A stretch of 64,000 bases of DNA from Sedimentisphaerales bacterium. Lineage in GTDB: Bacteria; Planctomycetota; Phycisphaerae; Sedimentisphaerales; Anaerobacaceae. The notes under the pieces were generated by a model. That model was not told the DNA's origin. It searched no databases and saw only the letters and a program-made list of their open reading frames with translations. Location: the NCBI GenBank assembly GCA_963708075.1, contig OY970194.1, positions 3,904,001 to 3,968,000 of the forward strand, in the 5' to 3' direction. Every line of letters begins with the position of its first letter. The stretch's first letter is position 1. The translations under genes and the position numbers were made by a program. Shown here piece after piece: positions 1 through 10,915 of the stretch.

Positions 1-375
1 GAGCAACTCCGCTATGGTAACCTCGGAGGGGGCAAGGCCAATGTCATTGCCGGGAAAGAGCACGTGGGGGATCGGCAGTGCGCGTTTCGGATAGCAGCCG
101 GTCATCAGCGCCGCCCGTGACGGCGAACATACCGGCGCCGCGTAGAACGTGGTGAGCCGCCGTCCCTCCGCCGCCATTCGATCCAGATTTGGCGTGTGGT
201 TCAGCGTGGATCCAAACGGCCCGATGTCCCCATAGCCAAGGTCGTCGATGTTGATGAGGACCAGGTTGGGCCGGTTCGTAGTGACACCGTAAGACGTTTC
301 TTTCGATGCCCTTACGGGCACACTACAAGCAGCCGGAAGCAAAACCATAAGGGCAAGAAGGATCGTTCGTTTCAT
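1..375 (-). CDS. Sulfatase (arylsulfatase family), N-terminal part, runs off the window edge
   Basis: Manual translation: MKRTILLALMVLLPAACS...RPNLVLINIDDLGYGDIG...[11 protein letters not shown]...VCSPSRAALMTG; signal peptide and CxPxR motif. Confidence 0.93.
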   Translation of the reverse strand, partial: MKRTILLALMVLLPAACSVPVRASKETSYGVTTNRPNLVLINIDDLGYGDIGPFGSTLNHTPNLDRMAAEGRRLTTFYAAPVCSPSRAALMTGCYPKRALPIPHVLFPGNDIGLAPSEVTIAELL

Positions 376-480
376 GTTCCACGACTCCAGAAGCGCCAGT
401 GTCGCGAATGCGAACACAGTTCATGTCACAATTATAACCTTCTCCACCCGTTTGAAGCAGACAGTACACACCATGGAGAA

Positions 481-1785
481 TCATTGCTTTTGACGCACGT
501 AGAACGGCACGTTTGCATATCCCGCGTGCCCCTTCCCGTCGCGGACCTGTACGAAGAGGCGGTATGCACCTTCCTCCTTCGGCGACGTGAAGTGAATCTG
601 GGCACCGTCATCTTCCTGAATAAGCCCCGGTATGGGAGCGGCCGGTTTTTCTCCTCCGCCGGCATAAGAGTCCCTGGGAATCACGACTTCCGCCCGAATA
701 TCCCATTGGAATACCAGCGGGTCGTAGTCACTATCATAGCCTGCGACCCTTGCCCCATGCGGCTGGGCCGGTTGGAGATAGACTCGTGTCTCATCGGGGA
801 ACCCGACAATGTCCAGCGTCAGAACCGCCGGGGCACGGTTCTGCGGCCATGCCCCGCTCCAGAGATAAGCCATGACATCGATTGACTCCGTGGCAAGGCC
901 GTCCTGGAAAAGCCCGTACCATGTATGTGTCGTCTCCTGCTTCTGACCCCACAGGAACACGTACGAGCCCAGGCAGCGGCCCTTGTCGGCCCGGATGACC
1001 TTCGTATACCGATCATAAATGGCGCGGGCCTTTTCCGTGCTGGTCTCCTCGATGGGTACCCGCCACTCCGTTCTCCGGACCTGCCAGTGCCCCGTGGGCC
1101 CCCACTCAGCGATCACGTATGGCTTGGGCCAGTACTTCCGTGTCAGTTCCGTCACCTCTCCCAGATCGCCATAGGCGTTAATGCCCAGCAAGTCCACATC
1201 TGCACACTGCTCTGCAATCTCCTGGATCTTCTTCTCGTATTCCCCCGTGCCGACCACCGTCATGACCGGATGGTGCGGATCGATGGCGTGAATCTCCTTC
1301 GCTATCTTGTTGAGGCGTTGCCAGAGCCTGGGGTTGTGCGGAACTCCCGGCGGGATCCAATCGAGTTCATTGCCGATCGCCCAGAACATCACCGCCGGGT
1401 GGTCCTTCAATTCGCGGACAACCTGAAGCACTCGCTGCTCCTGGTCCGCCACCATCTTCTCATCATCCCAGTCCATCCTGTTCCGCTCGCCGCGGACGGG
1501 CAGATTGACCATCGCTGTCAGACCCGCCTCCTGAACCCGGTCGAGACTCGCTTTATTCGCACCGGTCCGAACCGAATTGGCGCCACACCGGCGGAGCAGA
1601 TCGTAGGACTCCCACCCCACGGCCCCTTTGACATAGAACGGCTGGCCGGCCCTCAGCAGTTGCCAAGTCCCATCTCGCTCAACAATCTCATACCTGGCGT
1701 TGCCCCGCTCATCACCAAAGGCCACTTGTATGATGATCCCGGCAGTAAGGATCGATAGTACAGCGAGTCTTTTCGTATCCATCAT
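481..1785 (-). CDS. Secreted GH2-like TIM-barrel glycoside hydrolase
   Basis: Clan GH-A motifs WAIGNE and YVIAEWG; signal peptide; start placed at ATG with GAGGAG RBS. Confidence 0.75.
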   Translation of the reverse strand: MMDTKRLAVLSILTAGIIIQVAFGDERGNARYEIVERDGTWQLLRAGQPFYVKGAVGWESYDLLRRCGANSVRTGANKASLDRVQEAGLTAMVNLPVRGERNRMDWDDEKMVADQEQRVLQVVRELKDHPAVMFWAIGNELDWIPPGVPHNPRLWQRLNKIAKEIHAIDPHHPVMTVVGTGEYEKKIQEIAEQCADVDLLGINAYGDLGEVTELTRKYWPKPYVIAEWGPTGHWQVRRTEWRVPIEETSTEKARAIYDRYTKVIRADKGRCLGSYVFLWGQKQETTHTWYGLFQDGLATESIDVMAYLWSGAWPQNRAPAVLTLDIVGFPDETRVYLQPAQPHGARVAGYDSDYDPLVFQWDIRAEVVIPRDSYAGGGEKPAAPIPGLIQEDDGAQIHFTSPKEEGAYRLFVQVRDGKGHAGYANVPFYVRQKQ

Positions 1786-1911
1786 TGTCATCTCCTCAGC
1801 ACTCATCCGAGTGGATGAATCGAGTCCCCATCCTATCGGACAGAGACCACACACGCAAGGATTGAGTGACTCGCCAGAACCCTTGGGGAAGAGACCACGT
1901 GACAGGAAGCC

Positions 1912-1941
1912 TTGCAGACGGAGCATACGCCATGATAGAAT
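1912..1941 (+). promoter_or_regulatory. Putative sigma70 promoter for the sulfatase at 2030
   Basis: TTGCAG-18 nt-TAGAAT with extended -10 TG. Confidence 0.4.
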
Positions 1942-2029
1942 CAGGTATGGACTCAAGATAGCCGCCACCACCCCTTGCGCCGGCGTCGGTGGCGGCGAGG
2001 GTGACAGCGGCGGCGCGAAAGGGCAGGAT

Positions 2030-3466
2030 ATGAGACTCCAGGCTCCGAACCTCAACCGCACGCGTCATGCATTGACCACTGGCTACTGGCTGCCGGCGAT
2101 TCTCTTGAGCTTTCAGATTTGTTCTTTGAGCCCGGCGGCGTCACCGCGTCCCAACATCCTCTTTATCGTCGGTGATGACATGGGCTATGCGGACGTGGGA
2201 TTTCACGGGTGCAAGGATATCCCCACGCCGAACCTGGATGCGCTCGCCGCGTCGGGCGTGCGCTTCACCAGCGGCTACGTCTCCGGGCCATACTGCTCGC
2301 CCACACGGGCCGGGCTGCTGACGGGCCGCTACCAGACCCGGTTCGGACACGAGTTCAACCCGGGCGGAGGCAGCAGCGGCCTGCCGCTCACCGAGCGGAC
2401 GATTGCCGACCGCCTTAAGGCCGCCGGCTACGTCACGGGTCTGGTGGGCAAATGGCACCTGGGTGCCCAGCCACAGTTCCACCCGCAGAAACGCGGATTT
2501 GATGAGTTCTACGGTTTCCTCGGCGGCGCCCACGATTACTTCAAATCAGCCGGTATCCTGCGCGGCACCGAGCCGGTGACAGAACTCGACTACACAACCG
2601 ATGCCTTTGGGCGCGAAGCCGTGGCATTCATCGAGCGGCATAAGGGTGAGCCGTGGTTTCTCTATCTCGCGTTCAACGCCGTCCACACCCCCATGCAAGG
2701 CACTGATGAACGGCTGGCGAAGTTTCCGAACGAGGCCGATGACAAGCGGCGCACATACGATGCGATGATGCTGGCTATGGATGAGGCCATTGGTCGCGTG
2801 AGGAAGAAGCTCGCGGAGACCGGCCTCGAACAGAACACGCTCGTCTGCTTTATCAGCGATAACGGCGGACCGACCATGCCCGGCACAACAATCAATGCCT
2901 CGCGCAACAACCCGTTCCGGGGCTCCAAGCGCACCACGCTCGAAGGCGGCATCCACGTACCATTCATCGTATCGTGGCCCAGCCATGTGAAGCCCGGCGT
3001 ATTTGCGCAGCCGGCCATCCAGTTGGACCTCACCGCCACCGCACTGGCCGCGGCGGGTGTGCAAGTTGACCAGGACCCCAGACTTGAAGGCGTGAATCTG
3101 CTGCCTTTCCTGGCGGGCGAGAAAACCGGCACACCGCACGATGCGCTCTACTGGCGTTTCGGCCAGCAGATGGCCATCCGCCTCGGCGACTACAAGCTCG
3201 TCCGCTACGACAGCAATGCCGATACGCTCACCGGCGCACGCAACCAGCCGGTGACCGCTGCCAAGCTCTACAACCTCGCTACTGACATCGGCGAAACCAA
3301 AGACCTTGCCGCCGAGATGCCGGATAAGGTGAAGGAGCTTCAGTCCAGATGGGACGCGTGGAACGTTGCGAACATTAAGCCGCTCTGGGGTGGCGGCCAG
3401 ACGGACAACGACGGCGCCGAGCCTGGCGCCCCTCTGCCGAAGAAGGGGAAAGGGGCCAAGAGGTAA
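2030..3466 (+). CDS. Sulfatase (N-acetylgalactosamine-4-sulfatase/arylsulfatase B-like)
   Basis: PNILFIVGDDMG, CSPTRAGLLTGR, GKWHLG, SDNGG. Confidence 0.95.
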   Translation: MRLQAPNLNRTRHALTTGYWLPAILLSFQICSLSPAASPRPNILFIVGDDMGYADVGFHGCKDIPTPNLDALAASGVRFTSGYVSGPYCSPTRAGLLTGRYQTRFGHEFNPGGGSSGLPLTERTIADRLKAAGYVTGLVGKWHLGAQPQFHPQKRGFDEFYGFLGGAHDYFKSAGILRGTEPVTELDYTTDAFGREAVAFIERHKGEPWFLYLAFNAVHTPMQGTDERLAKFPNEADDKRRTYDAMMLAMDEAIGRVRKKLAETGLEQNTLVCFISDNGGPTMPGTTINASRNNPFRGSKRTTLEGGIHVPFIVSWPSHVKPGVFAQPAIQLDLTATALAAAGVQVDQDPRLEGVNLLPFLAGEKTGTPHDALYWRFGQQMAIRLGDYKLVRYDSNADTLTGARNQPVTAAKLYNLATDIGETKDLAAEMPDKVKELQSRWDAWNVANIKPLWGGGQTDNDGAEPGAPLPKKGKGAKR

Positions 3467-3499
3467 GGGTGCGTTTGACACCAGGTGCATGTAGAGCGT

Positions 3500-5854
3500 T
3501 CAGAACCCCTGTTCCACTCTGCGCAGCATCATTCTGAAGCTCTCTCTTTCGCTTTCCGTCAAGCGCCCATTGCCACAGGCGGATCGATACACGCCGGCGG
3601 CCTCATCCAACTCTCCCTGTTCGAGAAGGATCGTACCGAGCAACGCATAAGCATCGGCGTATGGCACATTCCGACGCACCATCTCCCTGAGGACCTTCAT
3701 CGCTTCACTCGTCTCTCGCCGCTGATGGAGGTAGAAGGCATACGTGTAGCCGTACTTGCCCTCTTCGGGGTGCAACTGGTAGGCCTTCCGGCACCATCGC
3801 AGCGACTCAAATGGCCGATCCGAGGCCAGGCACACAGCGAGATTGTATGCGGCAGCCGCTGAGTTGGGATCGAGTTCCAGCGTCCTGCGAAAGGCTTGTT
3901 CCGCTTCCTTTGGGCGTTTCATCTCACCCAGAAGCATCCCAAGATTCAGATGGACGACGGGGCTGTTGGGATCGAGAGCGATGGCCCTGCGGAATGAGGC
4001 TTCCGCCTTATCATTCTCGCCCCGGGCGTTGTAGACAAACGCGATGTTCACATAGGGCGGCACGAAGTCCGGCCGCAGCGAGATCGCATGCTGATACGAG
4101 GCCAAAGCCTCTCCGTGACTCCCGCGCTGCAGGTAGAAGTTGCCGAGATTGTAGTGGGACGCATAGTCATCGGGACGGACGAGAAGCGCCGCCAGCAACT
4201 CCGTCGTGGCACGCTCTACCGCTGCCGGATGCTCGCCTGGAAGCTGCCCGACCGGGATGGCGGCCAGAGCAGCCGCGGCCCGCACGCGCACCAGAAGATA
4301 CTCGTCCGCGGTCGCCTTGGCCAATGCTCTGACGGATTCATCGGTCACGTATCCATCCAGTGCCTGGGCCGCAGCAGCGCGCACCAGTGGAGAGGAGTCC
4401 TCCCGAAGGGCTTTGATCAGGGCAGACCACTTGGCCCCGGACTCACAGCGATACAGCAAGCGGATCAACGACGCGGCGAAGATCTCATCGTGGTCCTTCG
4501 AGCCAATATATGCCAGAATATCGCCCAGCCGGCGCCAATCGCCCCGCCGGGCGGCATCCATAAGAGCCGTTCGCTCCAGGACAGGCTTCTGGTAGTCATC
4601 GCTGTGCCACTGCCTCACCTGTTGATCCGCCCATGCCGGGTCCTTGTCACCATGGCAGATGTTACACGCATTGGGGGACTTGTACTTGAGAGTAGCGGCC
4701 GGTGTTGGGGGACGCATCGAGTGGTCGCTGCGGCTCATACGGGCAAAGTCAGTCGTGGGCATGTGACAGGCGATGCACCGGTTCCCGGTGCTGTCCGCCT
4801 TGTGGTGCGTGTGCGCCGTGGCGTTCTCCACCTTCTCCTGATGACAAGGCAGGCACGCCGCGTTTGGTTTCTCATTACCCTTGAATCGATAGCGTCCGCT
4901 CGACGTGTGACAGTGCATGCAATCCAGCTTGCCGCTCTTGACGCAGGGACTCATGCGCCACGAGGTCATCGTGTAGTTCTCACCCAGGTCGCGTCCATCC
5001 GGGTAGAAGTCCGGGTGCTCCAGGGTGGTCAGATCGAAGTGATCGAAGTAGCGGTCTCCCGGCTTGAAGGAAGGACTCACAGGGCTCAGCTTGGCATGGC
5101 ACGATCCGCACATCGAGTTGGTCTGCTCAGCGGTAAAGGGCTTTGTGCGAATGATCTTGAGGTCCTGTGGTACCCGGCCCTCGGGGGCCGCTTGGCAGAC
5201 CCGAACATGTTCCTGGGCCGGACCGTGGCAGGCCTCACAGTTGATACCCGGCTCGGCCCATGTGGTGCGATACGTATCGGTCTTCAGATCGTAATTGGTG
5301 GACAATTGGCTCACATGGCATCCGTGGCACGAGGTGTTGAACGTGTACATCGGGTCCGTCCAGTGTACAGGCGCATCGCCTCCCGCGCCGGGGAAGTGTC
5401 GCACGCCGCTGGCGGCCGTATCGAACCACTTCCTGGTCCGCACGTCGTAAGCTACGGGGAGGGTCTGCAGGCGCCCGCGTTCCATCGGCGTCAGGAAGTA
5501 GTAGACGTTCTTCCCGCCCATCACATGCGCGATTGGATGCCGTTTCTCGCCGTCCGGCCCCTTTTCGAGGACCCAGCCTGCCTCCCGTCCGATGCACGCC
5601 ATGTACTCGTACCTGCCAACCTTGATCGAACCCTCCGAGGCCGTCAGATTTGCCGTCGCAAACTCGAACGTATACGGCTGCATCGCCAAGCCATGGTGCG
5701 ACGGCGCCCACAGTTGATAGAACTGCTCATGGCACTGCCGACAACTGGCCGAACCTGCCAGCGGCCCCTGCGGCGACTGAGGGCTCAGCTCCGCAGCGAC
5801 GCCGGCGGTTGCCGTCACAGTAATGATGACGAGACAGCGAATCTGTTTCTTCAT
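3500..5854 (-). CDS. Octaheme cytochrome c with C-terminal HEAT and TPR repeats
   Basis: Signal peptide; 8 CxxCH motifs (CRQCH, CHGCH, CEACH, CGSCH, CMHCH, CLPCH, CIACH, CNICH); LVRAAAAQAL HEAT-like and HYNLG/HLNLG TPR repeats. Confidence 0.9.
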   Translation of the reverse strand: MKKQIRCLVIITVTATAGVAAELSPQSPQGPLAGSASCRQCHEQFYQLWAPSHHGLAMQPYTFEFATANLTASEGSIKVGRYEYMACIGREAGWVLEKGPDGEKRHPIAHVMGGKNVYYFLTPMERGRLQTLPVAYDVRTRKWFDTAASGVRHFPGAGGDAPVHWTDPMYTFNTSCHGCHVSQLSTNYDLKTDTYRTTWAEPGINCEACHGPAQEHVRVCQAAPEGRVPQDLKIIRTKPFTAEQTNSMCGSCHAKLSPVSPSFKPGDRYFDHFDLTTLEHPDFYPDGRDLGENYTMTSWRMSPCVKSGKLDCMHCHTSSGRYRFKGNEKPNAACLPCHQEKVENATAHTHHKADSTGNRCIACHMPTTDFARMSRSDHSMRPPTPAATLKYKSPNACNICHGDKDPAWADQQVRQWHSDDYQKPVLERTALMDAARRGDWRRLGDILAYIGSKDHDEIFAASLIRLLYRCESGAKWSALIKALREDSSPLVRAAAAQALDGYVTDESVRALAKATADEYLLVRVRAAAALAAIPVGQLPGEHPAAVERATTELLAALLVRPDDYASHYNLGNFYLQRGSHGEALASYQHAISLRPDFVPPYVNIAFVYNARGENDKAEASFRRAIALDPNSPVVHLNLGMLLGEMKRPKEAEQAFRRTLELDPNSAAAAYNLAVCLASDRPFESLRWCRKAYQLHPEEGKYGYTYAFYLHQRRETSEAMKVLREMVRRNVPYADAYALLGTILLEQGELDEAAGVYRSACGNGRLTESERESFRMMLRRVEQGF

Positions 5855-5877
5855 GTCTTTCCTTCGCCGACGACCGG

Positions 5878-7872
5878 TTATTCCGTCACGATGCGCACGT
5901 TCTCGACTTTGCCACGCAGCGGATAGGGTGCGGCGTAGTCGCCCACGGCCGTACGAGCGTCCTGGCCGATACTGAGCTCGTCCACGGGCTGTGCGGGGAT
6001 CAAGCCGGGCGCTTGGCCATCGGCCACTTTCCGGCCATTAACGACAAGCTGCATCACACCGTCGCGATGGAGCCGCGCCGTTATCGCGAAACGATCCGAG
6101 GGCATCCCGCTTGTGGTAATGGATGCGAGTTTCCCATTGATGCGCACACCAAAGACAAGTTGGCCATCCCGCAGCCATAGGGCATAGCCCTGCTGATTGC
6201 CGCCTTGGGCCAGGATGACACCGTCGCGCGACCGGGGCTCGACTTCGCAGGTGATCGTCAGCGGCCTGTTCACAATCTGCGGGGAGGCCGACGGCTGACC
6301 ACGCACGGAGCAGCGATCCGCCCAGGCTTCCCAGGCCTTGGCAAGCCGCGCGACAAGGTCCGGCTGCGCGGCAGCTAGGTCTTTCATTTCCGTCGGGTCC
6401 GCCTCAAGATCGTAGAGTTCCCAGGGCTTGTCCTTGAGGGCGACGAGTTTCCAGCGGCCCTCACGCACAGCGCGGTTGCCCTCGTGTTCCATGAAGATCT
6501 GGCGGGAAGCCAAACGCTCCCCCTTTAACGCCGGCGCCAGGCTCACACCCTCTAACGGCAGTACCTTGCTCCCGTCACGCTCCTGCGGATAAGAGGCCCC
6601 CGCCAGTTCCAGCACGGTCGGCATGAAGTCGGTGATATGACCGGCCTCGCGCGTGATCGCGCCGGGCTTTGTCTTGAGTCCGGCGGGCCAATGCACGATG
6701 AGCGGGGTATTGATGCCGCCCTCATGGCCGTAATGTTTGTAGAGGCGAAAGGGAGTGTTGCAGGTGTTCGCCCAACCACTGCCGTAGCTGACATAGCTGT
6801 CCGGCCCACCGACTTTCTTCAGGTCCTCGCCAACGTGCAGGATGTTTTTCGGTCCGCTGGTTTCGTCGAAGCCCCAAGGGTCCCACTCCGCACACGCGCC
6901 ATTATCGCTGAGGAAGAAAATAAGAGTGTTGTCGAGTTGTCCTGCCTGTTTGATCTGTGCCACAATGCGGCCGATCGCCTGGTCCATGCGATCCACCATT
7001 GCCGCATACACGGCCATGCGCCGGGCAAGGTCCGCCCGCCGCTCGGCAGGCAGCGAGTCCCAGGCGGGATTATCCTTGTCCGCCCAGCCGGTCTGGGTGT
7101 TGAAGCGATTGGCGGGAATGTTGCTGCGAGGGGTGAGCGCCGGGTCTCCGGTGACAAGTCCAAGCTCCTTCTGGCGAGCGAAACGCTGCTCGCGAATCTT
7201 GTCCCAGCCCTGCGCATAGAGCTTCTCATATCTGGCAATATCCTGATCCCTCGCATGCAGCGGAAAGTGCGGCGCATTGAAGGTGAGGTAGAGAAACCAT
7301 GGTTGGCCGCTCTTGCGGCCGTCTTCCATGAAATCCAGGGCGTAGTCACCGAAAACATCCGTGGAGTAGAACTCGCCCGGTGCATACGCGCGCTTCGCAC
7401 GCCCTTCAGGCAGGCGGCTGTAGAAGGGGTCCTCCTTCCAGCAGGTGTTGAAGCCGCCGAGCATGCCATAGAACTCATCGAAGCCTCGCTGCGTAGGCGT
7501 GCTCTGGTGGCTCAGGTGCCACTTGCCGACCATATAGGTGCGATAGCCCGCTTGCTTGAGTGCTTCCGGGATGGTCACACAATGGGCCGGCAGCACGCCG
7601 GAGAGGTTGGGAAACCCAGCCTGGTGCGGGTGCAGACCCGTGAGGATGGACGCGCGCGTCGGACTGCAACGAGCCGAGTTGTAGAACTGCGTGAAACGCA
7701 GCCCGCCTTGTGCCAGTGAGTCCAGATTGGGCGTTTGAATCTCTCCTCCATAGCAGCCCAGGTCGGACCAGCCGAGGTCATCAGCCAGGATCAGGAGGAT
7801 GTTGGGCCGCTCGCCGGCGTGGAGTGACGCCAGCGGAGCCAACAGAATGGTGGTAAGTATCCATCGTGCCAT
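5878..7872 (-). CDS. Arylsulfatase with C-terminal LamG/concanavalin-like domain
   Basis: RCSPTRASILTG, GKWHL; C-terminal DGVILAQGGNQQGYALWL...LSIGQD beta-sandwich. Confidence 0.93.
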   Translation of the reverse strand: MARWILTTILLAPLASLHAGERPNILLILADDLGWSDLGCYGGEIQTPNLDSLAQGGLRFTQFYNSARCSPTRASILTGLHPHQAGFPNLSGVLPAHCVTIPEALKQAGYRTYMVGKWHLSHQSTPTQRGFDEFYGMLGGFNTCWKEDPFYSRLPEGRAKRAYAPGEFYSTDVFGDYALDFMEDGRKSGQPWFLYLTFNAPHFPLHARDQDIARYEKLYAQGWDKIREQRFARQKELGLVTGDPALTPRSNIPANRFNTQTGWADKDNPAWDSLPAERRADLARRMAVYAAMVDRMDQAIGRIVAQIKQAGQLDNTLIFFLSDNGACAEWDPWGFDETSGPKNILHVGEDLKKVGGPDSYVSYGSGWANTCNTPFRLYKHYGHEGGINTPLIVHWPAGLKTKPGAITREAGHITDFMPTVLELAGASYPQERDGSKVLPLEGVSLAPALKGERLASRQIFMEHEGNRAVREGRWKLVALKDKPWELYDLEADPTEMKDLAAAQPDLVARLAKAWEAWADRCSVRGQPSASPQIVNRPLTITCEVEPRSRDGVILAQGGNQQGYALWLRDGQLVFGVRINGKLASITTSGMPSDRFAITARLHRDGVMQLVVNGRKVADGQAPGLIPAQPVDELSIGQDARTAVGDYAAPYPLRGKVENVRIVTE

Positions 7873-7888
7873 AGTGTCGTAATCTCTC

Positions 7889-9440
7889 CTATCGGGACTC
7901 TTGTCTCATTGGTTCGGCCCGGGGCGGATTTCTTTGCAGCGCCAGGCCTGTAGCTTGGATTGCGCACCGGTACGACGGCTCCAGTGTCGGCGAGGAATCT
8001 CGTGATGAGCGAGTTCAGTTCGCGGACGAGTTCGGGCTTCGCGGCGGCGAGGTTCTTCGTTTCACCAAGGTCATCGCGCAGGTTATAGAGCTCGAGCTGG
8101 TCGGTACCGTCGTCGTTCTGTGCGTACAGGCGGATGAGTTTCCAATCGCCGCGCCGCACACTGGTCCCGGGATGCTGGCCACTTGCTGGCGTGTCGTGCG
8201 GAAAGTGACAGAAGATGGTGTCGCGCGCGAGCGTACCGCCTTTAAGCAGCGGCGCGAGGCTCACGCCGTCGGGCTTGGCACTCAGCGGCAGTGGCACGCC
8301 GGCCATGTCGAGCAGTGTCGGCATCCAATCGATGCTCTGAATCACGGTGTCGTTCACCGTGCCGGGCTTTGTCACGCCCGGCCACACGACGATGCATGGC
8401 TCACGCACGCCACCCTCGTAAAGGCTCGCCTTGCCGTTTCGCAAAGGGAGGTTGCTCGTGGGGGGCGAGGTCATATCTGCCTGAAAGCGAGCACTCTTGT
8501 GTTCCACGACGTCACCTTTGCCGCCCCAACTTATGCCGCCATTGTCGGAAAAGAAAACGATGATGGTCCGGTCGGCGATACCGTATTCCTCCAGCGCGGC
8601 GAGCACGCGGCCCACGCCGTCGTCGAGGCTCTCGACCATCGCGCCATAGACAGGGTTGCGCTGCGGATTCCCCGGGTCGGCGCGATTGCGATACTTCGCT
8701 ACGAGCTCGTCCTTCGCGTCGTACGGCGCATGGACGCTGAACGGCCAGTAGTTCACGTAGAACGGGCGGTCCTTATTCTCACGGATGAACTTCACAACGT
8801 GCGACGATACCGTGTCCTCAATGTGCTCGCCGGGTCTGCTCTCGACCTTGAGTGTGGCCGGGAATTTCCACGGCGCGATGTAGCTGCCCGCCGGCCCAGG
8901 CCCCGGCCAGTGCGGCCAGTCCACATCGAAGCCGTGCTGCAATGCTGAATACGGCTCCGCGCCGAGATGCCATTTGCCGAAATGTCCCGTGCGATAGCCC
9001 GCATCGCGCAGCACCTTCGGCAGTGTGATGTAGTCGGTTTTCAAACGCGTGACGCTGTTCGCAACGAGCACAGGCATGTTCGGATTGCCCTTCGCGAGCT
9101 GCTTATCTAGAACAACCTGCGGCACGTGACAAGCCGGCGCCGTGATGCCCGTGCGCGCCGGCCACAAGCCCGTGAGCACACTGCTCCGCGTCGGCGAGCA
9201 CAGCGGATTCGCCGCATAGGCCTGCGTGAACCTCACGCCGCGGGCGGCAAGCCTGTCGAGGTTGGGCGTCTGGTGAAACTGGCTGCCAAAGCAACCCAGG
9301 TCCCGCCAGCCGAGATCGTCGGCCATGATGAAGAGGATGTTGGGTTTCACGGGTGTTGCAGCATCAGTCGCCGGCCAAACGGCCGACGGAGCCAGCAACA
9401 GGGCGGCAATGATACCAGCGATCTGTTTTGTGTGGGTCAT
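7889..9440 (-). CDS. Sulfatase; probable 1-nt insertion near 7913 (ORF as read extends to 7791)
   Basis: LCSPTRSSVLTG, GKWHLG; removing one base at 7913-7914 gives a TAG at 7889-7891 just before the next RBS instead of an 82-nt overlap. Confidence 0.88.
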
Positions 9441-9469
9441 TGTCTTGAGTCCGGCGATTTATCGAGGCA

Positions 9470-10903
9470 TCAGCGCAAAGGCGTCGGCAGGAAGTCCCAG
9501 TCGAGGACCATCTTCTCGGTTAACGCCTCCTTGAGCTCGCGCTCGACCTGGGCATATTTCTTGTTTCCGGCAAGATTCGTGAGTTCGCCTGGGTCTGCGT
9601 CAAGATCGTAGAGCTCATACGTGGAGCGAGGAGTCGTGAAGTAGGCACGCACGAATTCCGGCGCCAGCTTGCCCTCGGCGAAGGCGGCTTTCATCTCCTG
9701 CCAGCCGGGATCACGCTGACTGTCCACGGGCGCCACCGCCTGGTGCGGGGTGCAATTGTAGATGAGCTTGAAGTCCGCCGAACGAACGCAGCGGGCAAGG
9801 TCGAACGTGGAGGCGAGGACATCGGGCTTCATACCACCGTCGCCGCCGTGCGGGCCGCGCTCGGCGAAGATATACTTGCGTCCCTCAAACACTTCGTCTT
9901 TGAGCAGCTTCAGATAACTGACGCCGCTCATTTCCTTCGGCGGGATAACACCCGCGATTTCAAGCATGGTGGGGGCAAAGTCCTCCCCGGAGACCAGCGT
10001 GCGCGTTACAGCGCCGGGCTTGACTATGCCGGGCCAACGTACCAGCAGAGGCACGCCGATGCCGGGATCACAGAGCGTACCCTTGCCATGCGGGAAGGCC
10101 ATGCCGTTGTCTCCCATGAAGACGACAACCGTATTGTCCGCAACGCCGCGTTTTTCGAGCATGTCGAGCACGGACTGCACGTCGCCGTCGAGGTGCTCCA
10201 CCTCGGCAATGTAACGGGCAAGATCGCTGCGCACTCCCGGCAGGTCGGGCAGGTGCGCCGGCAGCGTGAGTTTGGCAGGATCAGGCACACCCCGGGGGCC
10301 TTGTGTCTCCCACACGTGGTGGGGATCGCTGAAGCCCAGCCAGAAGAACCACGGCTTTCCCTTGGGAGCCGCATCGAGGAAGGCAGCCAGCTTGCCGCCG
10401 AAGTCTCGCATGGCGCCAGGTTTCTCGACGTAATCCACCCGGTGCGTGAAGGTGCGCAGGTCATATCGGTCGAGGACTCCGCCGATGGTCGGCGCACCCC
10501 GCTGCCCACCGGTCGACGGGCCATCCAAGTGATATGTGCGTCCGGCCACGCCGGTGAAGTACCCCGCTTTATCGCGGAGCAGATCGGGCAGCGCAGGCAG
10601 CTCGGCGGGCAGCGGTGACGTGAACCGAACCATCCGAACCGCCACGGGCGAACGACCTGTCATCAACGACGCGCGGGACGGCACGCATTGTGGGCAGGCG
10701 ACGAACATCCGGTCGAAGCGCAAGCCCTGTGACGCCAGCCGGTCGAGGTTCGGCGTAAGGACGTCCTTGTTTCCGTAGCAGCCCAGGTAGGGGTAGCTGT
10801 GATCATCGGAGAGCAAGAACAGAATATTTGGCTTTTCCGCGGCCCTGGAATGAGCGCCCAAAAGACAAAGACACGCCAGAAATGACCATCGTACCGTCTT
10901 CAT
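9470..10903 (-). CDS. Sulfatase (N-sulfoglucosamine sulfohydrolase-like)
   Basis: QCVPSRASLMTGR, FSDPHH, GDNGMAFPHGK. Confidence 0.93.
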   Translation of the reverse strand: MKTVRWSFLACLCLLGAHSRAAEKPNILFLLSDDHSYPYLGCYGNKDVLTPNLDRLASQGLRFDRMFVACPQCVPSRASLMTGRSPVAVRMVRFTSPLPAELPALPDLLRDKAGYFTGVAGRTYHLDGPSTGGQRGAPTIGGVLDRYDLRTFTHRVDYVEKPGAMRDFGGKLAAFLDAAPKGKPWFFWLGFSDPHHVWETQGPRGVPDPAKLTLPAHLPDLPGVRSDLARYIAEVEHLDGDVQSVLDMLEKRGVADNTVVVFMGDNGMAFPHGKGTLCDPGIGVPLLVRWPGIVKPGAVTRTLVSGEDFAPTMLEIAGVIPPKEMSGVSYLKLLKDEVFEGRKYIFAERGPHGGDGGMKPDVLASTFDLARCVRSADFKLIYNCTPHQAVAPVDSQRDPGWQEMKAAFAEGKLAPEFVRAYFTTPRSTYELYDLDADPGELTNLAGNKKYAQVERELKEALTEKMVLDWDFLPTPLR

Positions 10904-10915
10904 AGTCTCTCCAAT

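Noticed and set aside
1961..1996. GCCGCCACC/GGTGGCGGC hairpin in the sulfatase leader as a riboswitch
   Set aside because: A single GC-rich stem with no recognisable aptamer motif.
3500..5854. NrfA or hydroxylamine oxidoreductase
   Set aside because: No CxxCK motif, and the HEAT/TPR C-terminus does not fit either enzyme.
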